Source: Terriglobia bacterium | Lineage (GTDB): Bacteria > Acidobacteriota > Terriglobia > Versatilivoradales > Versatilivoraceae | Assembly: GCA_951813285.1 (NCBI GenBank) | Contig: OX638355.1 | Coordinates: 837,136 to 901,135, forward strand | Length of the DNA: 64,000 bases | Direction of reading: 5' to 3' | Shown: piece by piece, positions 1-8,254 of the stretch | How the letters are laid out: each line of letters starts with the position of its first letter | How positions within the stretch are numbered: the stretch's first letter is position 1 | Notes under the pieces: model-generated | What the model saw: only the letters and a program-made list of their open reading frames with translations | Database searches by the model: none | What the model was told of the DNA's origin: nothing | Position numbers and translations under genes: made by a program

Positions 1-36
1 ACGGCAAACCGCTGACCTTTTGACGTCGCCCCGGTG

Positions 37-327
37 CTACCTGCCTGCGGCGGCCGTGGGCAGTTCACGCACGGCAGCGCCGGCCCGTTGCTGAGCGACG
101 GCGAGGTCGAACTGTGTCTGGAGGCTCAGCCAGAATTGGGGGTCTACCCCGAACCAGTGCCCGAACCGTAGCGCGGTATCGCCGGTTACGGAACGCTTGC
201 CGGCGATGATTTGACTTACCCGGTTAGGCGGCACATCTATCTGACGGGCGAATGCCGTAGGGCTCACGCCAAACTCGGCCAGCTCGTCTCTCAGAATCTC
301 GCCAGGGTGAACGACGCGCTTCAACAT
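37..327 (-). CDS. higA: HigA-family addiction module antitoxin (HTH-XRE)
   Basis: HPGEILRDEL...FARQIDVPPNRVSQIIAGKRSVTGDTALRFGHWFG...FWLSLQ is the HigA/VapI pattern; ATG at 327 has AGAGGAGGG upstream. Confidence 0.9.
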   Translation of the reverse strand: MLKRVVHPGEILRDELAEFGVSPTAFARQIDVPPNRVSQIIAGKRSVTGDTALRFGHWFGVDPQFWLSLQTQFDLAVAQQRAGAAVRELPTAAAGR

Positions 328-356
328 GCCAACGTCCCTCCTCTCGACTAATTGGA

Positions 357-384
357 CTATGACGCTTGACGTCAAGAGTCATAG
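357..384. promoter_or_regulatory. 28-bp near-perfect palindrome, probable HigA operator
   Basis: CTATGACGCTTGACGTCAAGAGTCATAG, self-complementary except for one mismatched pair; directly upstream of higA and overlapping the vapC stop. Confidence 0.6.
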
Positions 385-782
385 GGATTGAACACCGGAA
401 CGCCGGTCGGCTCGAAGTGCCTGACATTGCGGGTCACCACGGTCAAGCCGTGCTCCAGCGCCGTGGCGGCAATAATCAGGTCCGCCCTTTCGTGCCCAAG
501 GTCGCCGGACAGACGCCCCCACCGACGCGCAGTGGGGACGTCGACGCCCAAAATCCGGTCTCCGTACCAGGCGAGCATTCTGTCCAGCCACAGGGACAAC
601 TCCCGGGCGAACGATGGGTCACGGCGCTGCTGTTGGGCGATTCCACGCTCTATTTCGCCAATGGTCACTGCGCTCAGGTACAGGTCTGCCGTCCGCCGGG
701 CCTGCAACCACCGGACCAACTCCGGATGCCGGTCCCGTCGTCGCAGCGCCGACAGCACGTCGGTGTCAATCAGGAACATCAC
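372..782 (-). CDS. vapC: VapC/PIN-domain toxin
   Basis: FLIDTDVLS, SAVTIGEIERG, DLIIAATALEHGLTVVTRNVRHF: conserved acidic PIN residues; 4-nt overlap with the upstream antitoxin. Confidence 0.93.
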   Translation of the reverse strand: MMFLIDTDVLSALRRRDRHPELVRWLQARRTADLYLSAVTIGEIERGIAQQQRRDPSFARELSLWLDRMLAWYGDRILGVDVPTARRWGRLSGDLGHERADLIIAATALEHGLTVVTRNVRHFEPTGVPVFNPYDS

Positions 783-1033
783 AGGTCCAGCGGGCGGGTC
801 GGTAACGGCAGCCTGTCGAAATTCTGGTCATCCCGCGGGATTTCCAGCAGCAACCCGGCCAGTGTCGGCGCATTGGCTTTCTCCAAACGGCACAGGCGCT
901 CATACTCTTCTGCCGCCAGCACGACGACGGCAGGCCTGCCACGGCGGGTCACCCGCTGTGGAGCGCCGCCGAGGGCGGCGTCGACCACGGCGCTGAAGCG
1001 GTTCTTGGCGTCCTGCAAGGGCCAGTCGGTCAT
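779..1033 (-). CDS. Phd/YefM-family antitoxin (partner of the VapC toxin)
   Basis: WPLQDAKNRFSAVVDAA...PQRVTRRGRPAVVV is the Phd/YefM N-terminal fold; coupled to vapC. Confidence 0.92.
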   Translation of the reverse strand: MTDWPLQDAKNRFSAVVDAALGGAPQRVTRRGRPAVVVLAAEEYERLCRLEKANAPTLAGLLLEIPRDDQNFDRLPLPTRPLDL

Positions 1034-1090
1034 GTGTGCGCTCCTGTCTAGATTAACTGGCTAGATTTTACTGCAGGGCTCGGCACAGCT

Positions 1091-1126
1091 TCAAGAGGCA
1101 TAACCACGTCAGGGAAACGTCTCCAT
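1091..1126 (-). pseudogene. possible stub of a MazF/PemK toxin 5' end
   Basis: TGATG stop/start overlap with the AbrB gene, then METFP*RGYAS*; resembles MazF N-termini (xxFPRRG) with a CGA->TGA change. Very short, so weak. Confidence 0.3.
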
Positions 1127-1380
1127 CAAGCCACGCCATCGGCAACCGTCGCGTCCAGATCGCTCCAGTCTTCCTGTTCAGCGGCCATGGCGCCATAGGT
1201 CTCTTTCCAGGAGAGCCTGTTCTTTTGCTTGCTATACAAAAAGACCCCGTCCTCCCTCTCCTCCAGGACAAGCGTTCCGCTCCAGCCATGCCTTTGCAAA
1301 AGGACCTTTGGGAGTACGATTGCTTTGGAGTGGCCGATAGCAATCAGCTTGACGACTCTTGTAATCCGTGGTTTGCCCAT
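1126..1380 (-). CDS. AbrB/MazE/SpoVT-family antitoxin
   Basis: VKLIAIGHSKAIVLPKVLL...LVLEEREDGVFL swapped-hairpin motif with acidic tail; ATG at 1380 chosen over the longer ORF. Confidence 0.85.
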   Translation of the reverse strand: MGKPRITRVVKLIAIGHSKAIVLPKVLLQRHGWSGTLVLEEREDGVFLYSKQKNRLSWKETYGAMAAEQEDWSDLDATVADGVA

Positions 1381-1532
1381 TTTCAAGGGTCCATTGAACA
1401 AGCAAACGAAATTACAGCAATTACCATCTCGGCCGCCGTGTCGCTTGATTGACGTGCCTAAGATAAAAAAATCGTACCATAATGGGCGGTCGGCTAGTCG
1501 GCCGGAAGCAGGTGCCCGATCGGGGGTAGGTC

Positions 1533-3542
1533 TTGGCGAAGAAACCGAAAAGAGCGAAACGGAAACCCCGTGCGGGTACCTCGCCCTCCGGGCCACGATT
1601 CTCCTTCGGTGGCTCGCGCCTGTGGGTTCCGCTATTGCTGTTTGTGGTGGTGGTCGGCTTCTACCTGCCGTCGGTGGACCATGGGTTTCTCTATGACGAT
1701 TACGAGGTGATTCTCTCCAACGCCCCCTTGCGCTCGGTTCAGGATCTCAGGCGCATTCTGACGGAGAGGCACTTCCTCAGCCTGCCCTATTACCGTCCGG
1801 TGGTGCGCTCCTCGCTGCTGCTGCAAAGAAGCCTCCACGGAGACGAGCCCGGCCCCTTTCACCTCTTCAACGCCTGCGTGGCCGGATTGATCGCCCTCAT
1901 CGTCTACGCCCTGCTGAGGCTGCCGGTCTTCGGCTTGCGGCCCCGCTGGGCATGGCTGACCGCCGCTGTTTTTGCCCTGCACCCGGTGGCTTCCTCCTGC
2001 GTCTACCCCATCGCCTCGGGACGCGAGACCCTGCTGCCGGCACTGTTCGTCCTGCTGGCCCTCTACTGCTTCCTCAGGCCCGGGCCCTGGTGGCGGGTGG
2101 GCGCCTCCGTCTCGTTCGCCCTGGCCTTGTTCGGCAAGGAGCAGGCGGTGGTCACCCTGGCGGTCTTCGTGCTGGCCGACGCTCTGGGCCTGACCTCGTC
2201 GGCGCCCGGGCGCAGCCTCCGCGGCTGGGTGGTCCGTTACTGGCCGGAGGCCGCCATTGGCGCCCTCTACTTCTCCATTCGCCACTTCCTGTTTGCAGGC
2301 GGGGAGTATCGCCTGGGAGACCTGGGGCAGTTCGCTCTTTCCTACCTCTACGCGCTGCAGGTCGTGATCGTCCCCTTCTGGGAGATGGTCTACGAGCCTC
2401 CGGCCCGGGTCTGGTTCAGCCCCTGGCGCCTGGCGGTCGCGCTGGCCATCGCCGGATGGGCTGTGTTGTGGATCCGGCGATCCTGGCCCGCGTTTCGGGC
2501 CCTGACCTGGTTCTGGCTGGGCTGGTTCGCTCTGACCCTGCTGCCGACGGCCAATCTACTGGACCAGGAGGCCCCTTTTGCCGAGCGCTACGTGTTTCTG
2601 GCCGCGCTGGGCCCGCTCTTTCTGCTGGCCCGGGTTCTCTCCAACCGCGAGAAGGAGGGAAGGCCCAGGCTCTGGACGGGCCTGGCCGTGGCGCTGCTGC
2701 TGGTGGTGGCCGCCCAGACCGTCGCCCGGGGCGCCTATTATCGAGACTACGAGGTCTTTTGCCGGCAGTGGGTGAAGACCGATCCCAAGTCGCTCAACGC
2801 CCACAACAGCCTGGCGGTGGTTCTGACCATGGACCGCCGGCTGGAAGAAGCCGGCGTCCACTATGAGGAGGCCCTCAAAATTGCGCCGGCCAACGCCCAG
2901 GCTCACAACAATCTGGCCAACCTGCGCCTGCAGCAGGGAAGGCTCCCAGAAGCCTACGCACTGCTGCAGGAATCCCTGCGCCTCGACCCCGATGCTTACG
3001 CCACCCACAACTCATTGGGCGTCATGCTGCTGGGCCAGGGCAATGTCGAGGAGGCCCTCCCCCACTTTGCCCGGGCCATCGGCCTGAACTCGGAGAACCA
3101 GCAGGCGCACGCCAACTTGGCCAACGCGCTGGCGCACCAGGGCAAGACCCGGCAAGCCGTCCACCACTACCGCGAGGCGCTTCGCATCCATCCGGGCCTG
3201 TCCCACGCCGCCAACCGCCTGGCCTGGATTCTGGCCACCCATCCCGACCCCGAGCTGCGTGCCGGATCCGAGGCAGTTGAACTGGCCGAGCAGTTCTGCC
3301 GGCCGCCCAACGACGCCAACCCCATGTTCCTGGACACCCTGGCGGCAGCCTACGCCGAAACAGGACGGTTTCCCCAAGCACTGGAGACGGCCACGCGGGC
3401 CGCAGCCTTGGCTTCTTCCCGGGGTCAACCCGAGCTGGCGGACCAGATCCGGCAGAGAACGGACGCCTACCGGGAGCGCCGCCCGGTTCGCTATTCCGAG
3501 ATTCAGTGGAGGACCGCCGGCACTTCCTTGAGGCACGATTAA
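1533..3542 (+). CDS. TMTC-like GT-C membrane glycosyltransferase with C-terminal TPRs
   Basis: GFLYDD and YYRP motifs, FALHP, many hydrophobic helices, AERY; repeated AHNNLA/HNSLG TPR units. Confidence 0.8.
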   Translation: MAKKPKRAKRKPRAGTSPSGPRFSFGGSRLWVPLLLFVVVVGFYLPSVDHGFLYDDYEVILSNAPLRSVQDLRRILTERHFLSLPYYRPVVRSSLLLQRSLHGDEPGPFHLFNACVAGLIALIVYALLRLPVFGLRPRWAWLTAAVFALHPVASSCVYPIASGRETLLPALFVLLALYCFLRPGPWWRVGASVSFALALFGKEQAVVTLAVFVLADALGLTSSAPGRSLRGWVVRYWPEAAIGALYFSIRHFLFAGGEYRLGDLGQFALSYLYALQVVIVPFWEMVYEPPARVWFSPWRLAVALAIAGWAVLWIRRSWPAFRALTWFWLGWFALTLLPTANLLDQEAPFAERYVFLAALGPLFLLARVLSNREKEGRPRLWTGLAVALLLVVAAQTVARGAYYRDYEVFCRQWVKTDPKSLNAHNSLAVVLTMDRRLEEAGVHYEEALKIAPANAQAHNNLANLRLQQGRLPEAYALLQESLRLDPDAYATHNSLGVMLLGQGNVEEALPHFARAIGLNSENQQAHANLANALAHQGKTRQAVHHYREALRIHPGLSHAANRLAWILATHPDPELRAGSEAVELAEQFCRPPNDANPMFLDTLAAAYAETGRFPQALETATRAAALASSRGQPELADQIRQRTDAYRERRPVRYSEIQWRTAGTSLRHD

Positions 3543-3638
3543 CCTTCATGCCCCGCCTCCCTCTCCCCGATTCGTGGTAACCTTAGCCGCCCCTGCCGAG
3601 CTTGGGGATTCACGACCACGGCGAGGCCCCCAGATTCC

Positions 3639-4319
3639 ATGAAACATTCCGTTGCGTTCCTTCTCGATGCCGACAACACCCTGCTGGACAACGACCGCAT
3701 CCTGGCGGACCTCATGGGCCACATCGAGCAGACGGTGGGCCACCAGGGGAAGCAGCGCTATTGGGCCATTTTCGAGGATTTGCGGGACGAGCTGGGATAC
3801 CACGACTACCTGGGAGCCTTGCAGGGCTATCGCAATCGATATCCGCACGAGCCGCGCCTGATGTCGATTGCCTCCTTCATGCTCAACTATCCCTTCGCCG
3901 ATCGTCTCTATCCGCGGTCGCTGGGGGTGGTGCGCCACCTCCAGCAATGGGGAGTGGTGGCGATCCTCACCGACGGCGACATGGTATTCCAGCCTCGCAA
4001 GATGGAGCAGTCCGGGTTGGCCGAGGCCGCCGGCGGCAACGTGCTGATCTACGTGCACAAGGAGGAGGAGTTGGAGGACGTGGAAAGGCGCTATCCCGCG
4101 GACCACTACGTGTTGGTGGACGACAAGCTGCGGATCCTGACCGCCGCCAAGAAAGTGTGGGGAAGTCGCGTCACCACCGTCTTTCCACGGCAGGGACACT
4201 ATGCCCTGGACCCCGAGATCCTGGCTCAATTCCCCCCGGCCGACCTCAGCCTCGAAGGGGTCGGCGACCTGCTGACCTGCGAGTTGCCGGCCCTGATCCA
4301 GGCCGGACAGTCTTCTTAG
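3639..4319 (+). CDS. HAD-superfamily hydrolase
   Basis: Motif I FLLDADNTLLD, motif II LTDG, motif IV VDD. Confidence 0.85.
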   Translation: MKHSVAFLLDADNTLLDNDRILADLMGHIEQTVGHQGKQRYWAIFEDLRDELGYHDYLGALQGYRNRYPHEPRLMSIASFMLNYPFADRLYPRSLGVVRHLQQWGVVAILTDGDMVFQPRKMEQSGLAEAAGGNVLIYVHKEEELEDVERRYPADHYVLVDDKLRILTAAKKVWGSRVTTVFPRQGHYALDPEILAQFPPADLSLEGVGDLLTCELPALIQAGQSS

Positions 4320-4508
4320 CCCCGCTGTGCCTCAAGACCTCCAGGCACTTATATCCATACCTTCAACAGGATTCCGCGGGCTCCGCGCGAATCGTTGAGC
4401 CGGGATTGTGGGGAAAATGGAACGGGGCTTGTTGTTCTATACTTGTTGTGTTCCAGGTTCAGAGTGGTCACCCCTCATATTGCGAGTGACGACGTCCGGA
4501 GAGCGATC

Positions 4509-5777
4509 ATGCTGGACGAGCTGAGACGGACCCTGCGGTCGCTGGTCATCGGCGCCCTGTCGATCGCGGAGTACCGGCAGTGTGGCATGGCCTTCAACCC
4601 GTTGTCGGACAGGATCATCCGCAATCCCTATCCCGCCTACGCCAGGCTGCGCGCCCGATCGCCGGTGCACCGCAGCCGGGTGCTGGACGGCTGGGTGTTC
4701 AGCCGCTACGCCGACGTCGAGGCCATCTTTCGAGACTACCGCCGGTTCTCCAACATGCCGACCAATCGAAGGGTGTCGAGGCGGGATGTCTACTTCGTTC
4801 CCCCCCGGGCGGACTGGTCCCTGTTGTTCCTGGACCCGCCGGAGCATACGCGCCTGCGGGGCCTGGTCAATCAGGCCTTCACCCCGCGGGCCGTCAACGC
4901 CCTCGAGCCCCATATCCGGAGGATCATGGTCGAACTGCTCGACGCCGTCGCTGACCCGTCCGGCTTCGACCTGATGGCGGCGGTGGCCGGTCCGTTGCCG
5001 GTGATCGTGATTGCCGAGATGCTGGGTTTGCCGCCGCAAGACCGGCTCCGATTCAAGCACTGGTCGAACCAGCGCGCCCGCATCCTCGAACCGCTCATCA
5101 GCCCGGATGAGCGAAAAAGAGCCGCTGCCGCCGGCGAGGCGTTCGACGCCTACTTCATGCCCGTTATCAGAGCCCGGCGACTCCAACCGAAAGACGACAT
5201 CATCAGCGCCCTCGCAAAGGCGGAAGAGGAAGGGGATGCCCTCAGCGAGCGCGAAATGCTGGTCATGCTGCGCATCCTGCTGGTGGCCGGCAACGAGACC
5301 ACCACCAACCTGATCGGCAACGGGATGCTGGCGCTGCTGCAGCATCCGGAGCAGTTGAAGCTCCTGCGGGAAGACGCCCGTCGGATACCGGCGGCGGTGG
5401 AAGAGCTGTTGCGCTACGACACACCGGTCCAGCTCGATATCCGCGCCGTGGTCGAGGATTGCGAGTTTCAGGGCTTTCGCTTGCGTCGCGGCGACCCCGC
5501 CATCCTGGCCATCGGCGCGGCCAACCGCGACCCCGAGGTGTTCGAAGACCCGGAGCGGCTGAACATCGAGCGTTCCAAGGGCAGCAACCTCTCCTTCGGC
5601 CGGGGCGTCCACCACTGCCTCGGTGCGCCCCTGGCGCGGTTGGAAGCCCGGGTCGCGCTGGAAGTGCTGCTGGAGCGCTTCAGTTCCATACGGCTGCTTG
5701 CGGACCGTCCCGCCTTTCGCCGGGCCATCGTCCTGCGCGGTCTCGAGTCCCTCCCGGTCTCGGCCGTCCCTGCGTAG
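4509..5777 (+). CDS. cytochrome P450
   Basis: AGNETT I-helix, EELLR (ExxR), FGRGVHHCLG heme-binding Cys, DPPEHTRLR; ATG 4509 follows GGAGAG. Confidence 0.95.
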   Translation: MLDELRRTLRSLVIGALSIAEYRQCGMAFNPLSDRIIRNPYPAYARLRARSPVHRSRVLDGWVFSRYADVEAIFRDYRRFSNMPTNRRVSRRDVYFVPPRADWSLLFLDPPEHTRLRGLVNQAFTPRAVNALEPHIRRIMVELLDAVADPSGFDLMAAVAGPLPVIVIAEMLGLPPQDRLRFKHWSNQRARILEPLISPDERKRAAAAGEAFDAYFMPVIRARRLQPKDDIISALAKAEEEGDALSEREMLVMLRILLVAGNETTTNLIGNGMLALLQHPEQLKLLREDARRIPAAVEELLRYDTPVQLDIRAVVEDCEFQGFRLRRGDPAILAIGAANRDPEVFEDPERLNIERSKGSNLSFGRGVHHCLGAPLARLEARVALEVLLERFSSIRLLADRPAFRRAIVLRGLESLPVSAVPA

Positions 5778-6481
5778 TCCGGCCATTCTTGCCACTTCCG
5801 GCCGTCCAGCAGGCAGCCCCTGGATTTCGAGTTGAATCCGCCCCACTGCTTGAAGAAGAACGGAACCCGCCTGTTCCTGCACTGGTCGCGGATGCCTCGA
5901 ACCCAGTCAGGGGCAATCGGCCTTCGGCGTGGCCCGCTTTCTCCACCCACGATTACCCAGTGCATGCCCTCCAGCGGCAGTTGTGGAATGGCGGCAAGTA
6001 GGGGCTCCAGGGACAGGAACCTGATGCGTACCGGTACCTGCCTCAGGTGCGCGATTCGCCATACGTATTCAGGGCTTTCGACCGAAACCCCCTGCCATAT
6101 ATTCGGACTCCAGGTGACGTCGGCTGCAAGCTGAGCCAGGCGTTCGGGACGTTTGGTCAATATCTGAAAATTGTGCCATGAAGCACGGTTCATGGTCTTG
6201 AAGACCGACTTGACGTATTCATCGGGAATATCTTCGTGAAACAGGTCGCTCATGCTGTTGACGAATATACGCCTGGGTTGACGCCATTTCAGCGGCAACT
6301 CCAGGAGGTCCCGATGCAGACTCAGGCTAAAGCCATTGCGGTACCGTCGGTTGCCCATGGACGCGAGGCGGAGAGCAAGGCGTTCCGCGTAGCAATACTT
6401 GCAGCCCGGACTGACCTTTGTGCACCCAGTGACCGGATTCCAGGTGGCATCCGTCCACTCGATGGCAGAATTGATAGCCAT
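5468..6481 (-). CDS. DUF5131 (phage Gp37/Gp68-like, three-Cys motif) protein with read-through tail
   Basis: SAIEWTDATWNPVTGCTKVSPGCKYCYAE, FVNSMSDLFH, QILTKRPER, SLEPLL, WVIVGGESG, FFFKQWGG; recognisable similarity ends near GRKWQEWP (~5780). Confidence 0.9.
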   Translation of the reverse strand: MAINSAIEWTDATWNPVTGCTKVSPGCKYCYAERLALRLASMGNRRYRNGFSLSLHRDLLELPLKWRQPRRIFVNSMSDLFHEDIPDEYVKSVFKTMNRASWHNFQILTKRPERLAQLAADVTWSPNIWQGVSVESPEYVWRIAHLRQVPVRIRFLSLEPLLAAIPQLPLEGMHWVIVGGESGPRRRPIAPDWVRGIRDQCRNRRVPFFFKQWGGFNSKSRGCLLDGRKWQEWPDYAGTAETGRDSRPRRTMARRKAGRSASSRMELKRSSSTSSATRASNRARGAPRQWWTPRPKERLLPLERSMFSRSGSSNTSGSRLAAPMARMAGSPRRKRKP

Positions 6482-6942
6482 AAGCGTCCTCGGTGACAGT
6501 CTATAGCAAAAGGTGACGCCGGTCCCGCTTCGCTCGCGTCCAACTTCGATCCATTGAACAAGTGGGAAGACGCCGGCGACAAATTAGTCCAAAGCACGCC
6601 AGACGGGATCTTTGAAAGCGAACATAATTTAACACAGTACCCGACCAGAGATGAGTGTTTCCTGATTTCAAGAGTCAAGCTCCTCCCTCGTCGGGGTTGC
6701 CCGACGCCGAGAAGTTGCGGCACCAGGAAACCGTGGGGCTTGTTTCCCAGGCAGATAGAGACCACAATAATCATTGTTTCCAATGGACCTTCAGCGGCCG
6801 CCGAGGTTTTTCTCGGAGACGAAGCTTTTTCTCTATGGATTAAGGAAGATCCTTGGGAATGGGAAAGACCGGCAGGCCGCAAGAGAGGTTCGGAAGGGAT
6901 GGAACCGGCAGTCTGAATAGAGGACGGAGAGGGGAATAGAGA

Positions 6943-7938
6943 ATGGACACCGTGGATATCATCCTGCGGGTGTGCCTGTGGGGCAGCGTGGTCCTGATCC
7001 CGATTTTGCTCTTTTGGGCCGTGTTCGGGGGCAGGCGTTTCGGAAGCGGGAAGCGGAGCCGGCCCAAGCCGGAACCGGTGCGGAGGCAGGGGTTCACTCC
7101 GCCACCGCCGAAAACCGGCAGTCCGGGTCCGCAGGTTTCGAAGAGCACCACGGTCGGAGAGAGGGTGTCGGCGAAGCCTGATGTATCGAAACCCGTGGGC
7201 GGTCCGAAGCCCAAACCGGCGAGTGGGCGGGGATTCATTCTCCCGCCACCGACGTTGGACAAGTCGAGCCGGGAGGTTCCCAAAAGCGCCCCAACCGGGG
7301 AGGCTCCGTCTCCCCCACCTGCCGCGTCCGAACGCCCGGACGATCCCAAACCCGAACCGATGAGCGGGCGGGGACTTATTCCCCAGCCACCGAGTTCCGG
7401 CAGATCGGGTCCGACGGAATCAGAAAGCACCACGGCCGAAGAAGCGCCATCTATAAAGCCTGATCCATCCAACCGCCTGGGCGAGCCGACGGCGCAGATG
7501 GAGTTCATCTCCAAAGTGGATTTCGAGCCGCGCCCCCTTCTCAACCAGGCGGAATACCGGATTCTCCGCATTCTGGAGAAGGTTGCCCAGGATATCCCCG
7601 GCGGCCATCGCGTCATGTCCCAAACCAGCCTGGGTCAAGTTCTGGCGCCCCAGCTTGCCTCCGCTTCGAAAGAAGCACGCGACCTTGCCTTTCGCTCCAT
7701 CAACAGCAAGCGCCTGGACTTTCTGCTGATCGACGCTTACGGCATGCCCGTTCTGGCGGTGGAGTATCAGGGGCATGGACACTTCGGTGATAGAACCTTC
7801 ATGCGCGATGCCGTGAAACGGGAATCCCTCAGAAAGGCCGGCATCCGCTTGCTGGAGGTTCCGGCAGAGTACGACGCCGAGGACCTGGAGAGAGACATCC
7901 GCAAGGCATTGCTTTCCAACCCCTCCCGCCTAGTGTAG
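6943..7938 (+). CDS. DUF2726-domain protein with N-terminal TM helix and Pro-rich repeat linker
   Basis: RPLLNQAE, QTSLGQVL, SINSKRLDFLLID, AVEYQGHGH, RDAVKR: nuclease-like DUF2726 pattern. Confidence 0.85.
   Translation: MDTVDIILRVCLWGSVVLIPILLFWAVFGGRRFGSGKRSRPKPEPVRRQGFTPPPPKTGSPGPQVSKSTTVGERVSAKPDVSKPVGGPKPKPASGRGFILPPPTLDKSSREVPKSAPTGEAPSPPPAASERPDDPKPEPMSGRGLIPQPPSSGRSGPTESESTTAEEAPSIKPDPSNRLGEPTAQMEFISKVDFEPRPLLNQAEYRILRILEKVAQDIPGGHRVMSQTSLGQVLAPQLASASKEARDLAFRSINSKRLDFLLIDAYGMPVLAVEYQGHGHFGDRTFMRDAVKRESLRKAGIRLLEVPAEYDAEDLERDIRKALLSNPSRLV
7066..7488 (+). repeat. three degenerate 141-nt (47-aa) in-frame tandem repeats
   Basis: Units start at 7066, 7207, 7348 (KPEPVRRQGF / KPKPASGRGF / KPEPMSGRGL ... 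STTxxE). Confidence 0.8.
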
Positions 7939-7980
7939 AGGACGTTCCTTCGATGAGCCCCCGCCAGCGCGGGCTTCCGT

Positions 7981-8250
7981 AGCTTTTTTGCTACCGCCAG
8001 CAAGAATCTCAAGCGCCAGACCAGGATTCCCATCGCCCCTTACGTGGGTCTGGCCTACGGAACCTATCGGGACAGGCTGCGGGTGATCGGCGGCTTCAAC
8101 CTCGAGTTCACCAGGTACCTGAGCGCCATGGCGATCTTCGACGGAATCAGCGTCCACCCGCTGGTCAATTTCAGCTACAAGCAGCACGGTTTCTCGTTCC
8201 TGCTGGTCCGGGGCCGGCAACCCGGACTGAGCTACAGCATCTCCTTCTAG
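7981..8250 (+). pseudogene. 5'-truncated outer-membrane beta-barrel-like gene fragment
   Basis: Host-like codon usage; SFFATASKNL...APYVGLAYG...GLSYSISF* with alternating hydrophobic strands and terminal Phe; in-frame stop at 7954 upstream, no signal peptide. Confidence 0.55.
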
Positions 8251-8254
8251 CCGA

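Noticed and set aside
5468-6481. DUF5131 as evidence of a prophage
   Set aside because: No structural, terminase or integrase genes nearby.
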